Source of the DNA: Planctomycetota bacterium
GTDB taxonomy: Bacteria; Planctomycetota; B15-G4
Reading direction: 5' to 3'
Length of the DNA: 64,000 nucleotides
Assembly: GCA_965248575.1 (NCBI GenBank)
Contig: CBDFJQ010000002.1
Coordinates: forward strand, 3,040,001-3,104,000
The notes beneath the pieces were generated by a model. The model ran no database searches, was not told the DNA's origin, and saw only the letters and a list, made by a program, of their open reading frames with translations. Shown one piece after another: positions 1 to 9,152 of this stretch (the stretch's first letter is position 1; each line of letters starts with the position of its first letter). The position numbers and the translations under genes were made by a program.

Positions 1-1414
1 CCTTGGCGCGGGACAGACCGCCGACCACATCACGCGAGCTGAGCAACTGCCAGCCGCCTGAGCTGCCGGACAGGCCCGTGTTGCCGATCGACATCACCAG
101 GCGTTCCGGCACCGTCGAAAGGGCGGTGCCGAGGCGGGCCACGACGGTGGCATCTGCATCGCCGAGTGAACCGAGGGCCAAGGCGGCGGCCGTGGCCACC
201 GTCGGATCCCGATGCCCCACGGCGCGGCGCATGGCCTGCACTTCGGGGCGGCTGCGGCCCATGGCTCCGAGCAGCGTGGCAGCTGCCGGCGCTTGACGCG
301 TGGACAGCAACAAGCTCAGGGCTCCGGCACGGTGCTGACCAGCCAGGGCGAGGTTTAGGCCGAGGGTGTCGACATCTCCGGCGACGGCCTGGACCAGGTC
401 GTTGTCCGCGAGGCCCGGGTGGCTCATGGCCGCTTCGATCTCGGCCTTCTGCACGGCGTGCACAGCTGCGAGATGCCCGCGCACCCCGTCACCGGCGCCA
501 GCGGCCAAGGCCCCGCGCAAGGCGGACTCAGCCAAGGCCAGGCTCGCGAGGCTGGACGGGACGGTGCGCCCCTCCAAACCGTTGTCACCCCAGCTCCAGA
601 CCACGCTGCCGCTGGCGTAGGGCCGGTCGAGGTTGGCGTCACCACGCAACCAACCCTCGGTGAGACCCAAGGTCAGCGCGGTGGCATCGCCAGCGTTCAG
701 CCCCATGGCCTGCAGGTCGGCGTCCATTTTCTGGAGTGCGGCTGCCGCGGTGTTGCGGGCCGTCTCCGAGCTGTCGCTCTTGGCCATCCATGCGAGGGAT
801 GCCGCGGCGCGCGTGTCGGACAAGGAGCCGAGAACCGAAGCCGCGTTGGTGCGGGTCAGCTCGTCGGAGGAACTCAAGGTCGCCATGAGCGCGGGAACCG
901 ACGTGTCGCCGAGACGCAGCAGGGCCTGGATGGCCATGACGCGGTTGTTCGGTTGGGCGCGGTCACCGAGGGGGCCCACCAGCGCGGGCACAGCCCACTC
1001 GCCGTAGGTCGCCTGCAGATCGAGCAGGGCCTCGCGGCTCTCCTGCGCGCTGCCGTTGAGGAAACGGTTGACCACATCCGACGCACCGCCGGGGTCGCTC
1101 GCCACGCTGTGGCGGCCCACCTTCGCGAGGGTCAGGAAGCGTTCCGTGAGGGAACCCAACTCGCCGCGCTGGATGAGCATCTCGAGCAGCACTTCCTGCT
1201 CGGCGCGCTGCCAGAGCGAGAAGGCGGCATCGTTGCCGGGGTTGGTCGCCAGGGCGGCCTTCAGCTGTTCGATGGCCACTGCGTTGTCACCGCGGCGGTA
1301 GGCATCGACGCCAGCCTCAAAGAGACGCTCCGCATCCTGCGCCATGGCAGCAGAGGAGAGGAGCGTGGTCAGGGCGAGAGCGGGCGCGAAGACGCGCAGC
1401 GCGAGACGGAACAT
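1..1414 (-). CDS. Exported TPR/HEAT-repeat protein (runs off the window start, partial)
   Basis: Not in the ORF track because no stop lies in the window. Hand translation from ATG at 1414 gives MFRLALRVFAPALALTTLLSSAAMAQDAERLFEAGVDAYRRGDNAVAIEQLKAAL..., a signal peptide plus TPR-like helix, then Ala/Leu-rich HEAT-like repeats. The same frame reads as plausible protein at the window start. Confidence 0.75.
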   Translation of the reverse strand, partial: MFRLALRVFAPALALTTLLSSAAMAQDAERLFEAGVDAYRRGDNAVAIEQLKAALATNPGNDAAFSLWQRAEQEVLLEMLIQRGELGSLTERFLTLAKVGRHSVASDPGGASDVVNRFLNGSAQESREALLDLQATYGEWAVPALVGPLGDRAQPNNRVMAIQALLRLGDTSVPALMATLSSSDELTRTNAASVLGSLSDTRAAASLAWMAKSDSSETARNTAAAALQKMDADLQAMGLNAGDATALTLGLTEGWLRGDANLDRPYASGSVVWSWGDNGLEGRTVPSSLASLALAESALRGALAAGAGDGVRGHLAAVHAVQKAEIEAAMSHPGLADNDLVQAVAGDVDTLGLNLALAGQHRAGALSLLLSTRQAPAAATLLGAMGRSRPEVQAMRRAVGHRDPTVATAAALALGSLGDADATVVARLGTALSTVPERLVMSIGNTGLSGSSGGWQLLSSRDVVGGLSRAK

Positions 1415-1514
1415 GGGCGGTCTCGGAATGGGGTATCGAGGTCCGATCCCTCTATCAGACGGCGATTTGCCGCTTGAATCGGGGGCGTGCAGTGTAGGTA
1501 GGTCCCGAGATTTA

Positions 1515-3518
1515 TCAAGACCGCCGGGCGGCGTGACGCGACAAGACAGAAGGTTGCACCGAAAGGCCGAGCAGGCCCACCAAGCCGACCCCGATCCAGA
1601 GCCCCGAGTTCGCCCCTCCTTCGAGCAGCAGATCGCCCGGCAGCAGGATGCAGGCGACGACGAAGGCGGTCGCCCCGATCCAGGCCACCACGACCCTGGG
1701 AGCTGCCCAACGCGCCCGGTCTTCGTCCGGGGCCCTGAAGGGCCCCCAGGCGCCCATGGGGCGGATCCGGTCGTGGAACTCCTGCAGCGTGTCTTTGTCC
1801 ACGGGAGGGGTCAGGAGCGTCACCAGGAGGGTGACTGGCAGGGTGATGGCCATGACGAGCAGCAGCGAGCCCGGGAACACCGGTCGACTGGCCTCCACCA
1901 GCAAGTCGGGCAGCAGGGCTACGGCCCAATCCTCCCTCAGATGGAGCACCCATGTGCCCACCGCACCCACCACCAGGGCCGTGATCTCGGACCAGGCATT
2001 CACCCGCCACCAGAGCCAGCGCAACAGATACACCACCCCGACGCCGCTGAAGAGGGCCGAGAAGATGTTGAACATCTCGCTCAGGCTCTCGAAGTGCAGG
2101 CTGATGGCCAAGGCGATGAGCAGCACCAGGGGCCCGGTGATACGGGCAGCCCGGATGTAGTGCTGAGGCTCCGCATCCGGCTTGATGAAGCGCTTGTAGG
2201 CGTCGTTCACGAGGTAGGCAGACGCCAGGTTCAGATGCGTGTCCACCGTGGACATGAAGGCCGCCAGGAAGCTCGCGATCATCAGGCCCAGGAGCCCGGC
2301 CGGAAGATAGCGACGCATCATGGCGGGGTAGGCCATCTCGTCGTCCGTGGCCGCCAGCACCTGTCCGCTGGCCACGTCGAGGTCCTCCCAGACACGCACC
2401 TCGGCGGTCCAGCCCTCGACCCCGGTCTCGGGGATCGGCAGCTCGAAGCTCTGCCCGTCAGCCGCTGTCACCTGGACATGCTCGGCCGTGACCGAGGTCA
2501 CCACGCCATCGGTCGGGCTCTTGAGAGAGGTGGGCGGCAGCACCAGGAGCGATGCCAGGGCCACGATGATCCAGGGCCAGGGGCGCAGGGCGTTGTGAGC
2601 CACGGCGTACCAAAGCGCGGCCCCCACGGCGTGCTTCTCCGACTTGCAGGCGAGCATGCGCTGCACCATCACGCCGCTGCCGTCAGAGTTCTTGGTGGCG
2701 AACCACATGACACTCACGAACACCACGAACTGCAGGAACTGCCGGTTCCAGGTGGAGGGGTCCGAGAACACCACGCCCTCAGAGCTGGGGGCTACCGTGA
2801 GCTTGCCGGCCGCCACGGGCGAGGCCTTGAGTGCCTCGACCAGGGGGCCGAGCCCGCCGAACTCGTTCACCACCGTCCAGGCCAGGACCACGGCGCCAGT
2901 GAGCGCCAGGATGAATTGCACGAAGTCCGTGAGCACCACACCCCACAGCCCCGTGATCTCCGAGTAGACGAGGGCCAGCACGCAGCAGCCCACCATGACC
3001 AGCAGCTCGGGTGGGATGCCGAACACTCCCGCGTCGCCGTCCTCCACCTGGAACAGCACCTTCATGAGCTTGGTCATGCCGAGCATCACCCAGCCCATGA
3101 CGAAGCAGTGCATGAAGAGCACCTGGTAGACGCTCTTGAAGCCGCGCAGCGCTCGGGCCGGGCGGCCGGAGTAGCGCAGCTCCATGAACTCGATGTCGGT
3201 CAGGACGCGAGAGCGCTTCCAGTAGCGCGAGAAGAGCACCACGATGAGCAGCGAACCCACCACGTAGCCCCACCAGCGCCAGTTGCCGGCCACACCGCTT
3301 TCGCGCGTCCAACCGGTGATGAGCAGGGGCGTGTCGCTGGCGAAGGAGGTGGCCACCATGGAGGTGCCCGCCAACCACCAGGGCAGGTTGCGGCCCGAGA
3401 GGAAGAAATTCTCCATGGACCCGCGGCTGCGCTTGCGCACCAGCAGGCCGGCGCCCAACGAGAGCGCGAGATACGCGCCAATGACGAGCCAGTCGAGCCC
3501 GGCGAGAGCTTCCGTCAC
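1515..3518 (-). CDS. Sodium:solute symporter (SSS/SLC5) family protein
   Basis: LDWLVIGAY..., FFLSGRNLPWWLAGTSMVATSFASDT and GLMIASFLAAFMST motifs, many TM helices. GTG start overlaps the secretin stop. Confidence 0.92.
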   Translation of the reverse strand: MTEALAGLDWLVIGAYLALSLGAGLLVRKRSRGSMENFFLSGRNLPWWLAGTSMVATSFASDTPLLITGWTRESGVAGNWRWWGYVVGSLLIVVLFSRYWKRSRVLTDIEFMELRYSGRPARALRGFKSVYQVLFMHCFVMGWVMLGMTKLMKVLFQVEDGDAGVFGIPPELLVMVGCCVLALVYSEITGLWGVVLTDFVQFILALTGAVVLAWTVVNEFGGLGPLVEALKASPVAAGKLTVAPSSEGVVFSDPSTWNRQFLQFVVFVSVMWFATKNSDGSGVMVQRMLACKSEKHAVGAALWYAVAHNALRPWPWIIVALASLLVLPPTSLKSPTDGVVTSVTAEHVQVTAADGQSFELPIPETGVEGWTAEVRVWEDLDVASGQVLAATDDEMAYPAMMRRYLPAGLLGLMIASFLAAFMSTVDTHLNLASAYLVNDAYKRFIKPDAEPQHYIRAARITGPLVLLIALAISLHFESLSEMFNIFSALFSGVGVVYLLRWLWWRVNAWSEITALVVGAVGTWVLHLREDWAVALLPDLLVEASRPVFPGSLLLVMAITLPVTLLVTLLTPPVDKDTLQEFHDRIRPMGAWGPFRAPDEDRARWAAPRVVVAWIGATAFVVACILLPGDLLLEGGANSGLWIGVGLVGLLGLSVQPSVLSRHAARRS

Positions 3519-4981
3519 GTGCCGAGCGGGTTGAGGAGGGTCTCGCTCGGAATCTTGATGATGGGCGTGACCATCAAGAGGATCTCGGAGTTCCGCTTCT
3601 GCGTGCTGCGGCTCTTGAAGAACCAGCCGAGAATCGGGATGTCACCGAGCAAGGGCACCTTCGTGATGGTCTCGATCTGGGTCGAGGCCCGCAGCCCACC
3701 CACCGCCAACACCTGGCCGCTGTAGACGTGCACCGTGGTGCCCGCTGCGCGCTGGCTGATGATGGGAGAGGAGACCTCGGTGCCGCTGATGTTGAAGGGC
3801 ACTGCGCCCGTCTGCGCCGAGACGTCGATGGAGACATCCAGGCGGATCAGGTTCTCGCTCACGATGAACGGCACCATCTCGATGGTGACGCCCGTGGGCT
3901 CGAACGACGTCGTGACGTTCGGGTTGTTGGCGTTGCCGCTGGCCTTGAAGATCGGGACCTTCTCGCCGGTCGTCAGCCGTGCCCTGTGCCCGTTCAACAC
4001 GGTCACCGTGGGCGAACTGATGAGCTCGGCGGAACCGATGGTCTGCAAGAGGCTGATGACGCCATCGACCCGCAGGTTGTCCTTCACACCTTGCAGGCTG
4101 AGCAGGAAGCCCGAGAGGCTCGGCGCGCCAGCGAAGCTGTTGAAGCCTGCACCGATGCCGGACTCGGCGCCGTTGTCCAGGATCGGGATGCCGGAACCAA
4201 AGTTGCTGGCCGTCGGATTGCCGATGGGGTCGAAGGGCTGGCCCGGGTTCTCGAGCTGGCGCCCGATGACCTTGGCGTCCCAGTCCACGAGATCGTCGAG
4301 GTTCACCTCGACAACCCGCACCTGCAGTTCGATCTGAGGCAGGTCCCCGAGCACCTTGTGCAGGAGCTCGGTGATGAACAGCAGGGTGTCCGGCGGCGCC
4401 GTGATGTGCAGGACATCCCCGATACCCGCCTTCTTGAGCGGGGAGCGCATGCCAAAGGTGTCGGCGAGCTCGTCCTGCAGGAAGCCTGCGTGCAGCACGT
4501 AGCGTGTCAGCTGCGTCGGCGAGAGGCTGGGATCGTTGGGGACCCCTGGCTCGCTAGGGAAATCGGGCACATAGGCCTTGAGCAGCTCCACGACCTGGGC
4601 GCCGCGACCTTCGTGCACGGTGAACATCTTGGTCCAGCTGCCGTCGACGCCGCGGATCACGTTGGGGCCGAGGCGGTGGAACGGTGATGGGGGCTGGTCG
4701 GCCAGGAAGTCCGGGTCCAGGTCGTCAGGGCTGGCCGGAGTCGTCAGCAGGCCCAGCAGGTCGAGCTGGTCTTCGAAATCCTGGTCGGCAGCGTCCTGAG
4801 CTGCCGTCGATTGGGCCGCGCTGGGTGTGGGGCCCAGGGTGACCGGGGTCGGGTCGCCCATGAGCTCCCAGCGATCCGGCTCGGGGCCGACTTCGGAGGT
4901 GACGCAGGCGGTCCCCGCCAACAGCGCCAGGGCTGCGGCGAAGACTCCCAGCTTCTGCCCGACGCGCGCTGGGCGCGTCAT
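3515..4981 (-). CDS. Secretin (type II/III secretion system outer-membrane channel family), probable lipoprotein
   Basis: QIELQVRVVEV, LISSPTVTVLNGHRARLTTGEKVP and C-terminal KVPLLGDIPILGWFFKSR...EILLMVTP secretin signature. N-terminal ALALLAGTAC is lipobox-like. Confidence 0.88.
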   Translation of the reverse strand: MTRPARVGQKLGVFAAALALLAGTACVTSEVGPEPDRWELMGDPTPVTLGPTPSAAQSTAAQDAADQDFEDQLDLLGLLTTPASPDDLDPDFLADQPPSPFHRLGPNVIRGVDGSWTKMFTVHEGRGAQVVELLKAYVPDFPSEPGVPNDPSLSPTQLTRYVLHAGFLQDELADTFGMRSPLKKAGIGDVLHITAPPDTLLFITELLHKVLGDLPQIELQVRVVEVNLDDLVDWDAKVIGRQLENPGQPFDPIGNPTASNFGSGIPILDNGAESGIGAGFNSFAGAPSLSGFLLSLQGVKDNLRVDGVISLLQTIGSAELISSPTVTVLNGHRARLTTGEKVPIFKASGNANNPNVTTSFEPTGVTIEMVPFIVSENLIRLDVSIDVSAQTGAVPFNISGTEVSSPIISQRAAGTTVHVYSGQVLAVGGLRASTQIETITKVPLLGDIPILGWFFKSRSTQKRNSEILLMVTPIIKIPSETLLNPLGT

Positions 4982-5793
4982 CCGGCGAGCGCCTCGATGA
5001 CGGCGCGGGTCACATCAGGCACCGAACCGTGGCGAGAAGTCACATCCCCCTGTTCGGCGAGGCCATCCAAGCCCTGGTCGCGCGCGACCTTCTTGACCGC
5101 CTTGCTGAACTTGTCGAGGTAGCTCTTTTGAAGCAGGTGGAACTGGGCATCGTTCTCGTCCAAGCCCGTCCACTCGATGTAGGCAGGAATGGCTTCCAGC
5201 ACCATCTGCGAATCCAGCTCACCCACGCTTTGCATCAGACGTGGGTTGCTGCCGTGCAGCAGATTGCCTTCGATGCAGTAGGTCGGCAGTTGGTCCATGA
5301 CTTCGGAGGTCAGGTCCGACACGCCCTCGTCGCTCGTCACGCCATCTGGAACGGTGATGACATCGATGCCGTGCCGACGGGCGACGGCGGCCAACGCCTT
5401 GTTCGTGCTGGCCCGCGCCTCCTCGAACAGCTGCTTGCCGCGCCCCTGGGTCTCAGACAGCCCGAACTCCTTGAGACGCATGTAGGCGGGGTTGTTGTTG
5501 TAGACATCGAGGATGTCCACCACTGCGGCAGTCTGTGCGCCGTTGGCGGAACCGTAGAGCACCTGCCCGGTGACCTCGACATCCACAGCGGGAATGCCTG
5601 GCGGCTCGGGAGCGGGGGCCTGGACAACGGGTGTCCAGGGAGCAGCGGCCACCAAGGTGCTGAGCAGGGTCGCGAGACCCGCTCCACGGAGAACCGGACG
5701 GAGGCGGTTCATCCACACAGCTGCAAGAGTCTGCGCGGACCCCAAGCCCTGTCTGTCCTGATTCAACGTTTGCTTCACCCTGTACCAATCCAT
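4978..5793 (-). CDS. Exported protein with two tandem shortened OmpH/Skp-like repeats
   Basis: ATG 5793 is preceded by GGAGAGG (alternative ATG 5712). Hydrophobic signal GAGLATLLSTLVAAA, then two repeats ending ALAAVARRHGIDVI...DLTSEVMDQL and AVKKVARDQGLDGL...DVTRAVIEAL. Stop overlaps the secretin start (ATGA). Confidence 0.65.
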   Translation of the reverse strand: MDWYRVKQTLNQDRQGLGSAQTLAAVWMNRLRPVLRGAGLATLLSTLVAAAPWTPVVQAPAPEPPGIPAVDVEVTGQVLYGSANGAQTAAVVDILDVYNNNPAYMRLKEFGLSETQGRGKQLFEEARASTNKALAAVARRHGIDVITVPDGVTSDEGVSDLTSEVMDQLPTYCIEGNLLHGSNPRLMQSVGELDSQMVLEAIPAYIEWTGLDENDAQFHLLQKSYLDKFSKAVKKVARDQGLDGLAEQGDVTSRHGSVPDVTRAVIEALAG

Positions 5794-6004
5794 TCTGACC
5801 TCTCCGATACGGCTGACTCCGGACCGAGGAGATGCTGCGCCGCGAGGATACACACCTGATCGCCCTGACGGGGGACAAACCTGATGACGGGTTTCCACCT
5901 GGATTGTTGGACGGGCTTTCACCTGGGAATCGGTTGGGAAGGCCCCAAGTGCTCCGAGAAGTCGCTCTTCCAGGCCCACGGGCGCTGGGCAGCGGTGCCC
6001 TCAA

Positions 6005-6049
6005 ACGACCACCGGCCGAGCCCCCTCTTGGGGACCCGGCCGGTGTCGT
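6005..6049 (-). terminator. GC-rich hairpin downstream of pnp (probable terminator or 3' stabiliser)
   Basis: Minus strand ACGAC-ACCGGCCGGGTCCCC AAGA GGGGGCTCGGCCGGT-G-GTCGT followed by a short TTT, about 50 nt after the pnp stop. Confidence 0.55.
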
Positions 6050-6096
6050 GTGAAAGCAGATTCAGTGGCACCCAAAATCGGGAGGCCCCCAAATCG

Positions 6097-8613
6097 TCAG
6101 CTCTCGACGGTTTCCGTGTCTTCGGAGCCTTCTGGTTCCGCGCCTTCGGAGCCTTCTGTGGCCCCTTCGGACTTGGCGGCCCGCATGGACAGCTTGATGC
6201 GGCCCTGGTCGTCGATCTGAAGCACCTTCACGGTGACCTTGTCACCCATGTTGTAGGCCTCGAAGGGCTCCTTGATGTCCGTGGGCAACATCTCGGAAAT
6301 GTGGCAGAGGCCATCCCGGCCCGGCTGCACCTCGACGAAAACACCGTAGGACTTCATGCCCGTGATGGTGCCCTCGTAGGTCGTATCCACATCCACCGGT
6401 GCTTCCGGCTTCCGCTCGCGACGAGCACCGCCGCGATCGCCACCACGCTCGCCACCGCGTCCTCCGCGATCGCCACCTCGGGCAGCACCACCTCCGCCGC
6501 CGCCGCCCTCTTGGACCTCGGCATCCTTGCGACCCAGACGCACGCGACCGAAGTCGTCGATGTTCGTGCACTTCACCTCGATCTCCTGGCCCACGCTCAG
6601 GACGTCCGCGACGTTCTTCACGAACTGGTCGCCTTCGCCCATCTCGCTGATGTGCAACAGGCCTTCCTTGCCGGGGAAGATCTCGATGAAGGCGCCGAAG
6701 TCCCGGATCGAGACCACCTTGCCCTTGTAGACGGTGCCCACTTCGGCATCGCCTGTGATGGCTTCGACCGCCGCGACGGCGCCGTCCATGTCGCCCTCGG
6801 GGCCGGACGCGATGTTCACCAAACCATCGTCGTTGACCTCGATCTTGACGTTGAAGTCGGCCTGCAGGGCACGAATGATCTTGCCGCCAGGACCGATGAG
6901 GGCGCCGATCTTCTCGGGATCGATGCTGCGCGAAGTGATCTGCGGTGCCCAGTTACTGATGCTCTCGCGGGCGGTGCTGATGGCCTCGTTCATCTTGCCG
7001 AGGATGTGCAAGCGGCCCGCCTTCGCCTGCGCGAGCGCGCGACGAAGCAGGTCAGCTGACAGACCCTGGATCTTGACGTCCATCTGCAGGGCCGTGACGC
7101 CTTCTGCAGTACCGGTGACCTTGAAGTCCATGTCGCCGAAGTGGTCCTCGCTGCCGAGGATGTCGCTCAGGATGTAGTGGTCGTTGCCATCCTCGATCAG
7201 ACCCATGGCGATACCGGCGACCGGCGTGCGGATGGGGCAACCTGCATCGAAGAGCGCGACGGAACCGCCACACACCGAAGCCATGGACGAGCTGCCGTTG
7301 GACTCCAGGATCTCGGAGACCACGCGCACGCTGTAGGGGAACTCCTCGGGCGCCGGCATGACCATGTTGACCGAGCGCTCGGCCAGGTTGCCGTGGCCCA
7401 CCTCGCGGCGTGAGGTGCCCATCATGCGGCGCACTTCGCCAACACAGAAGGGCGGGAAGTTGTAGTGCAGCATGAAGCGCTTGCTGTACTCGTCCATGAG
7501 GCCGTCGACGATCTGCTCGTCGCGGCCCGTGCCGAGGGTGACGCTGACGAGCGCCTGGGTCTCGCCACGGGTGAAGAGCGCCGAACCGTGCGCGCGGGGC
7601 AGCACGCCCAGCTCGATCTCGATCTGGCGGATCTCGTCCAGCGCACGGCCGTCAGACCGCTTGCCGTCGTTGATGATCTTCTTGCGGGCGATGTCACCCT
7701 CAAGGTCGTGGAAGGCGTTGCCAATCTGCTTCTTGGCAAGCATGAGGCCGGCCTCGTCGACACCAGCGAGCAGGGCATCCGTAGCGTCGTTCGAGACCTG
7801 CTTCATCGCAGCCTTCTTCTCGAACTTGCCAGCGGTGTCCATGGCGGCGGTGTAGGCCGCGCGCTGCTCCTCGACCCGTGCAATCCAAGGGTTCTCAGGG
7901 GCTTCCGGCACCACCTGCTTCTCCTTGCCGACCTTGGCCATGAGCTCTTCGCTCATTTCGCAGATCTGCTGGACCGCTTCGTGGCCGAAGAGGATGGCGC
8001 CAGCCATCACTTCCTCGTCCAGCTCGAGCGAACCGGCCTCCACCATGGTGACGGCTTCCTTCGTGCCGCTGACCACCAGGTCGAGGGTGCTCTCGGCAAG
8101 CTGCTCGAGAGTGGGGTTGAGGACGTACTCGTCGTTGATCCAGGCCACCTTCACCGTGGCGCCAGGGCCCTGGTAAGGAATGGTCGAGATGCTCAGCGCG
8201 GCCATGGCGGCGCAACCAGCCAGGATGCCTGGCTCGTTGACCCGGTCGTAGCTGACGACTTGGACGATGATCTGCAACTCGTTGCGGTAGGTCTCCGCAA
8301 ACATGGGTCGCACAGGGCGGTCGATGGAGCGCGCGATGAGGATCTCAGGATCCCTCGGGCGCATCTCACGCTTGAAGAAGCCGCCTGGCACCTTGCCGGC
8401 AGCGTAGGTCTTCTCGCGGTACTCAACGGTCAGCGGGAAGAAATCCAGGTCGGGGCGGCCCTTGGAACTCTGGGCCGTCGCCAACAGCGCGGTTTCGCCA
8501 TAGGTGGCGTAGATGGCGCCATCGGCCTGCTTGGCCATGCGCCCGGTTTCAAACGTGAGGGTCCGTCCGCCGACTTCGCGGCTGACGGAAATGGGGTTGT
8601 TCAACTTGGTCAT
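6097..8613 (-). CDS. pnp: Polyribonucleotide nucleotidyltransferase (PNPase) with an extra C-terminal S1 domain
   Basis: FFPLTVEYREK, RAHGSALFTRGETQ, ESNGSSSMASVCGGS, DHFGDMDFKV, KH motif IGALIGPGGKIIR and S1 domains. Lies downstream of rpsO. Confidence 0.98.
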   Translation of the reverse strand: MTKLNNPISVSREVGGRTLTFETGRMAKQADGAIYATYGETALLATAQSSKGRPDLDFFPLTVEYREKTYAAGKVPGGFFKREMRPRDPEILIARSIDRPVRPMFAETYRNELQIIVQVVSYDRVNEPGILAGCAAMAALSISTIPYQGPGATVKVAWINDEYVLNPTLEQLAESTLDLVVSGTKEAVTMVEAGSLELDEEVMAGAILFGHEAVQQICEMSEELMAKVGKEKQVVPEAPENPWIARVEEQRAAYTAAMDTAGKFEKKAAMKQVSNDATDALLAGVDEAGLMLAKKQIGNAFHDLEGDIARKKIINDGKRSDGRALDEIRQIEIELGVLPRAHGSALFTRGETQALVSVTLGTGRDEQIVDGLMDEYSKRFMLHYNFPPFCVGEVRRMMGTSRREVGHGNLAERSVNMVMPAPEEFPYSVRVVSEILESNGSSSMASVCGGSVALFDAGCPIRTPVAGIAMGLIEDGNDHYILSDILGSEDHFGDMDFKVTGTAEGVTALQMDVKIQGLSADLLRRALAQAKAGRLHILGKMNEAISTARESISNWAPQITSRSIDPEKIGALIGPGGKIIRALQADFNVKIEVNDDGLVNIASGPEGDMDGAVAAVEAITGDAEVGTVYKGKVVSIRDFGAFIEIFPGKEGLLHISEMGEGDQFVKNVADVLSVGQEIEVKCTNIDDFGRVRLGRKDAEVQEGGGGGGGAARGGDRGGRGGERGGDRGGARRERKPEAPVDVDTTYEGTITGMKSYGVFVEVQPGRDGLCHISEMLPTDIKEPFEAYNMGDKVTVKVLQIDDQGRIKLSMRAAKSEGATEGSEGAEPEGSEDTETVES

Positions 8614-8835
8614 GATCTGCCTATCGCAGTGGGGCTGCGGGCTGGGTCACACCCCGAGTGGGTGGGACATCCGCAGCGAAAACAAAGGGTTGGCCCGGCC
8701 GCTCCTGGTTCCTTTGGATGGAAGGGAGTCGGGCTCGGACCGGAAGACGGAACCCGGGACTCAGGCGCGCTCGTTGGAGCACTCTGCCGGGCGTGATGAG
8801 GCGTCTCTTCAAGAAAGCCGCCTCCGCAGGGATCG

Positions 8836-9120
8836 TCAGACGTTCGTGCGAACGCCGCGAATCTCAAGCTGCTTCAGGATCTCCACGTAACCGCTCGGAT
8901 CCTTGCTGCGCAGGTAGCGCAGCAAGCTGTTCCGACGGCCCACGAGCTTCAGAAGCCCGCGGCGCGTGTGGTTGTCCTTCTTGTGGATCTTGAGGTGCTC
9001 GGTGAGCGACCGGATCCGGGAGGTGAGGACAGCAATCTGAACCTCGGTGGAGCCGCAGTCCCGTTCGTGGGTCTGGTACTCCTGGATGATATCGGCCTTG
9101 CCGGCCATTTTGATCGTCAT
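8836..9120 (-). CDS. rpsO: 30S ribosomal protein S15
   Basis: [48 protein letters not shown]; canonical rpsO-pnp synteny. Confidence 0.99.
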   Translation of the reverse strand: MTIKMAGKADIIQEYQTHERDCGSTEVQIAVLTSRIRSLTEHLKIHKKDNHTRRGLLKLVGRRNSLLRYLRSKDPSGYVEILKQLEIRGVRTNV

Positions 9121-9152
9121 GCGTGTTGACTCGGTTTCTTTGCTTCAGGCGT

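Noticed and set aside
1344..3725. 793-aa plus-strand ORF and similar long ORFs (24959-26605, 32040-34163, 34977-36917, 51520-53061, 61706-63295)
   Set aside because: Antisense shadows of well-supported genes; His/Arg/Gly-rich translations without motifs, as expected in high-GC DNA.
6121..6160. TTCGGAGCCTTCTG repeated twice
   Set aside because: Encodes the EGSE repeats in the acidic PNPase tail.
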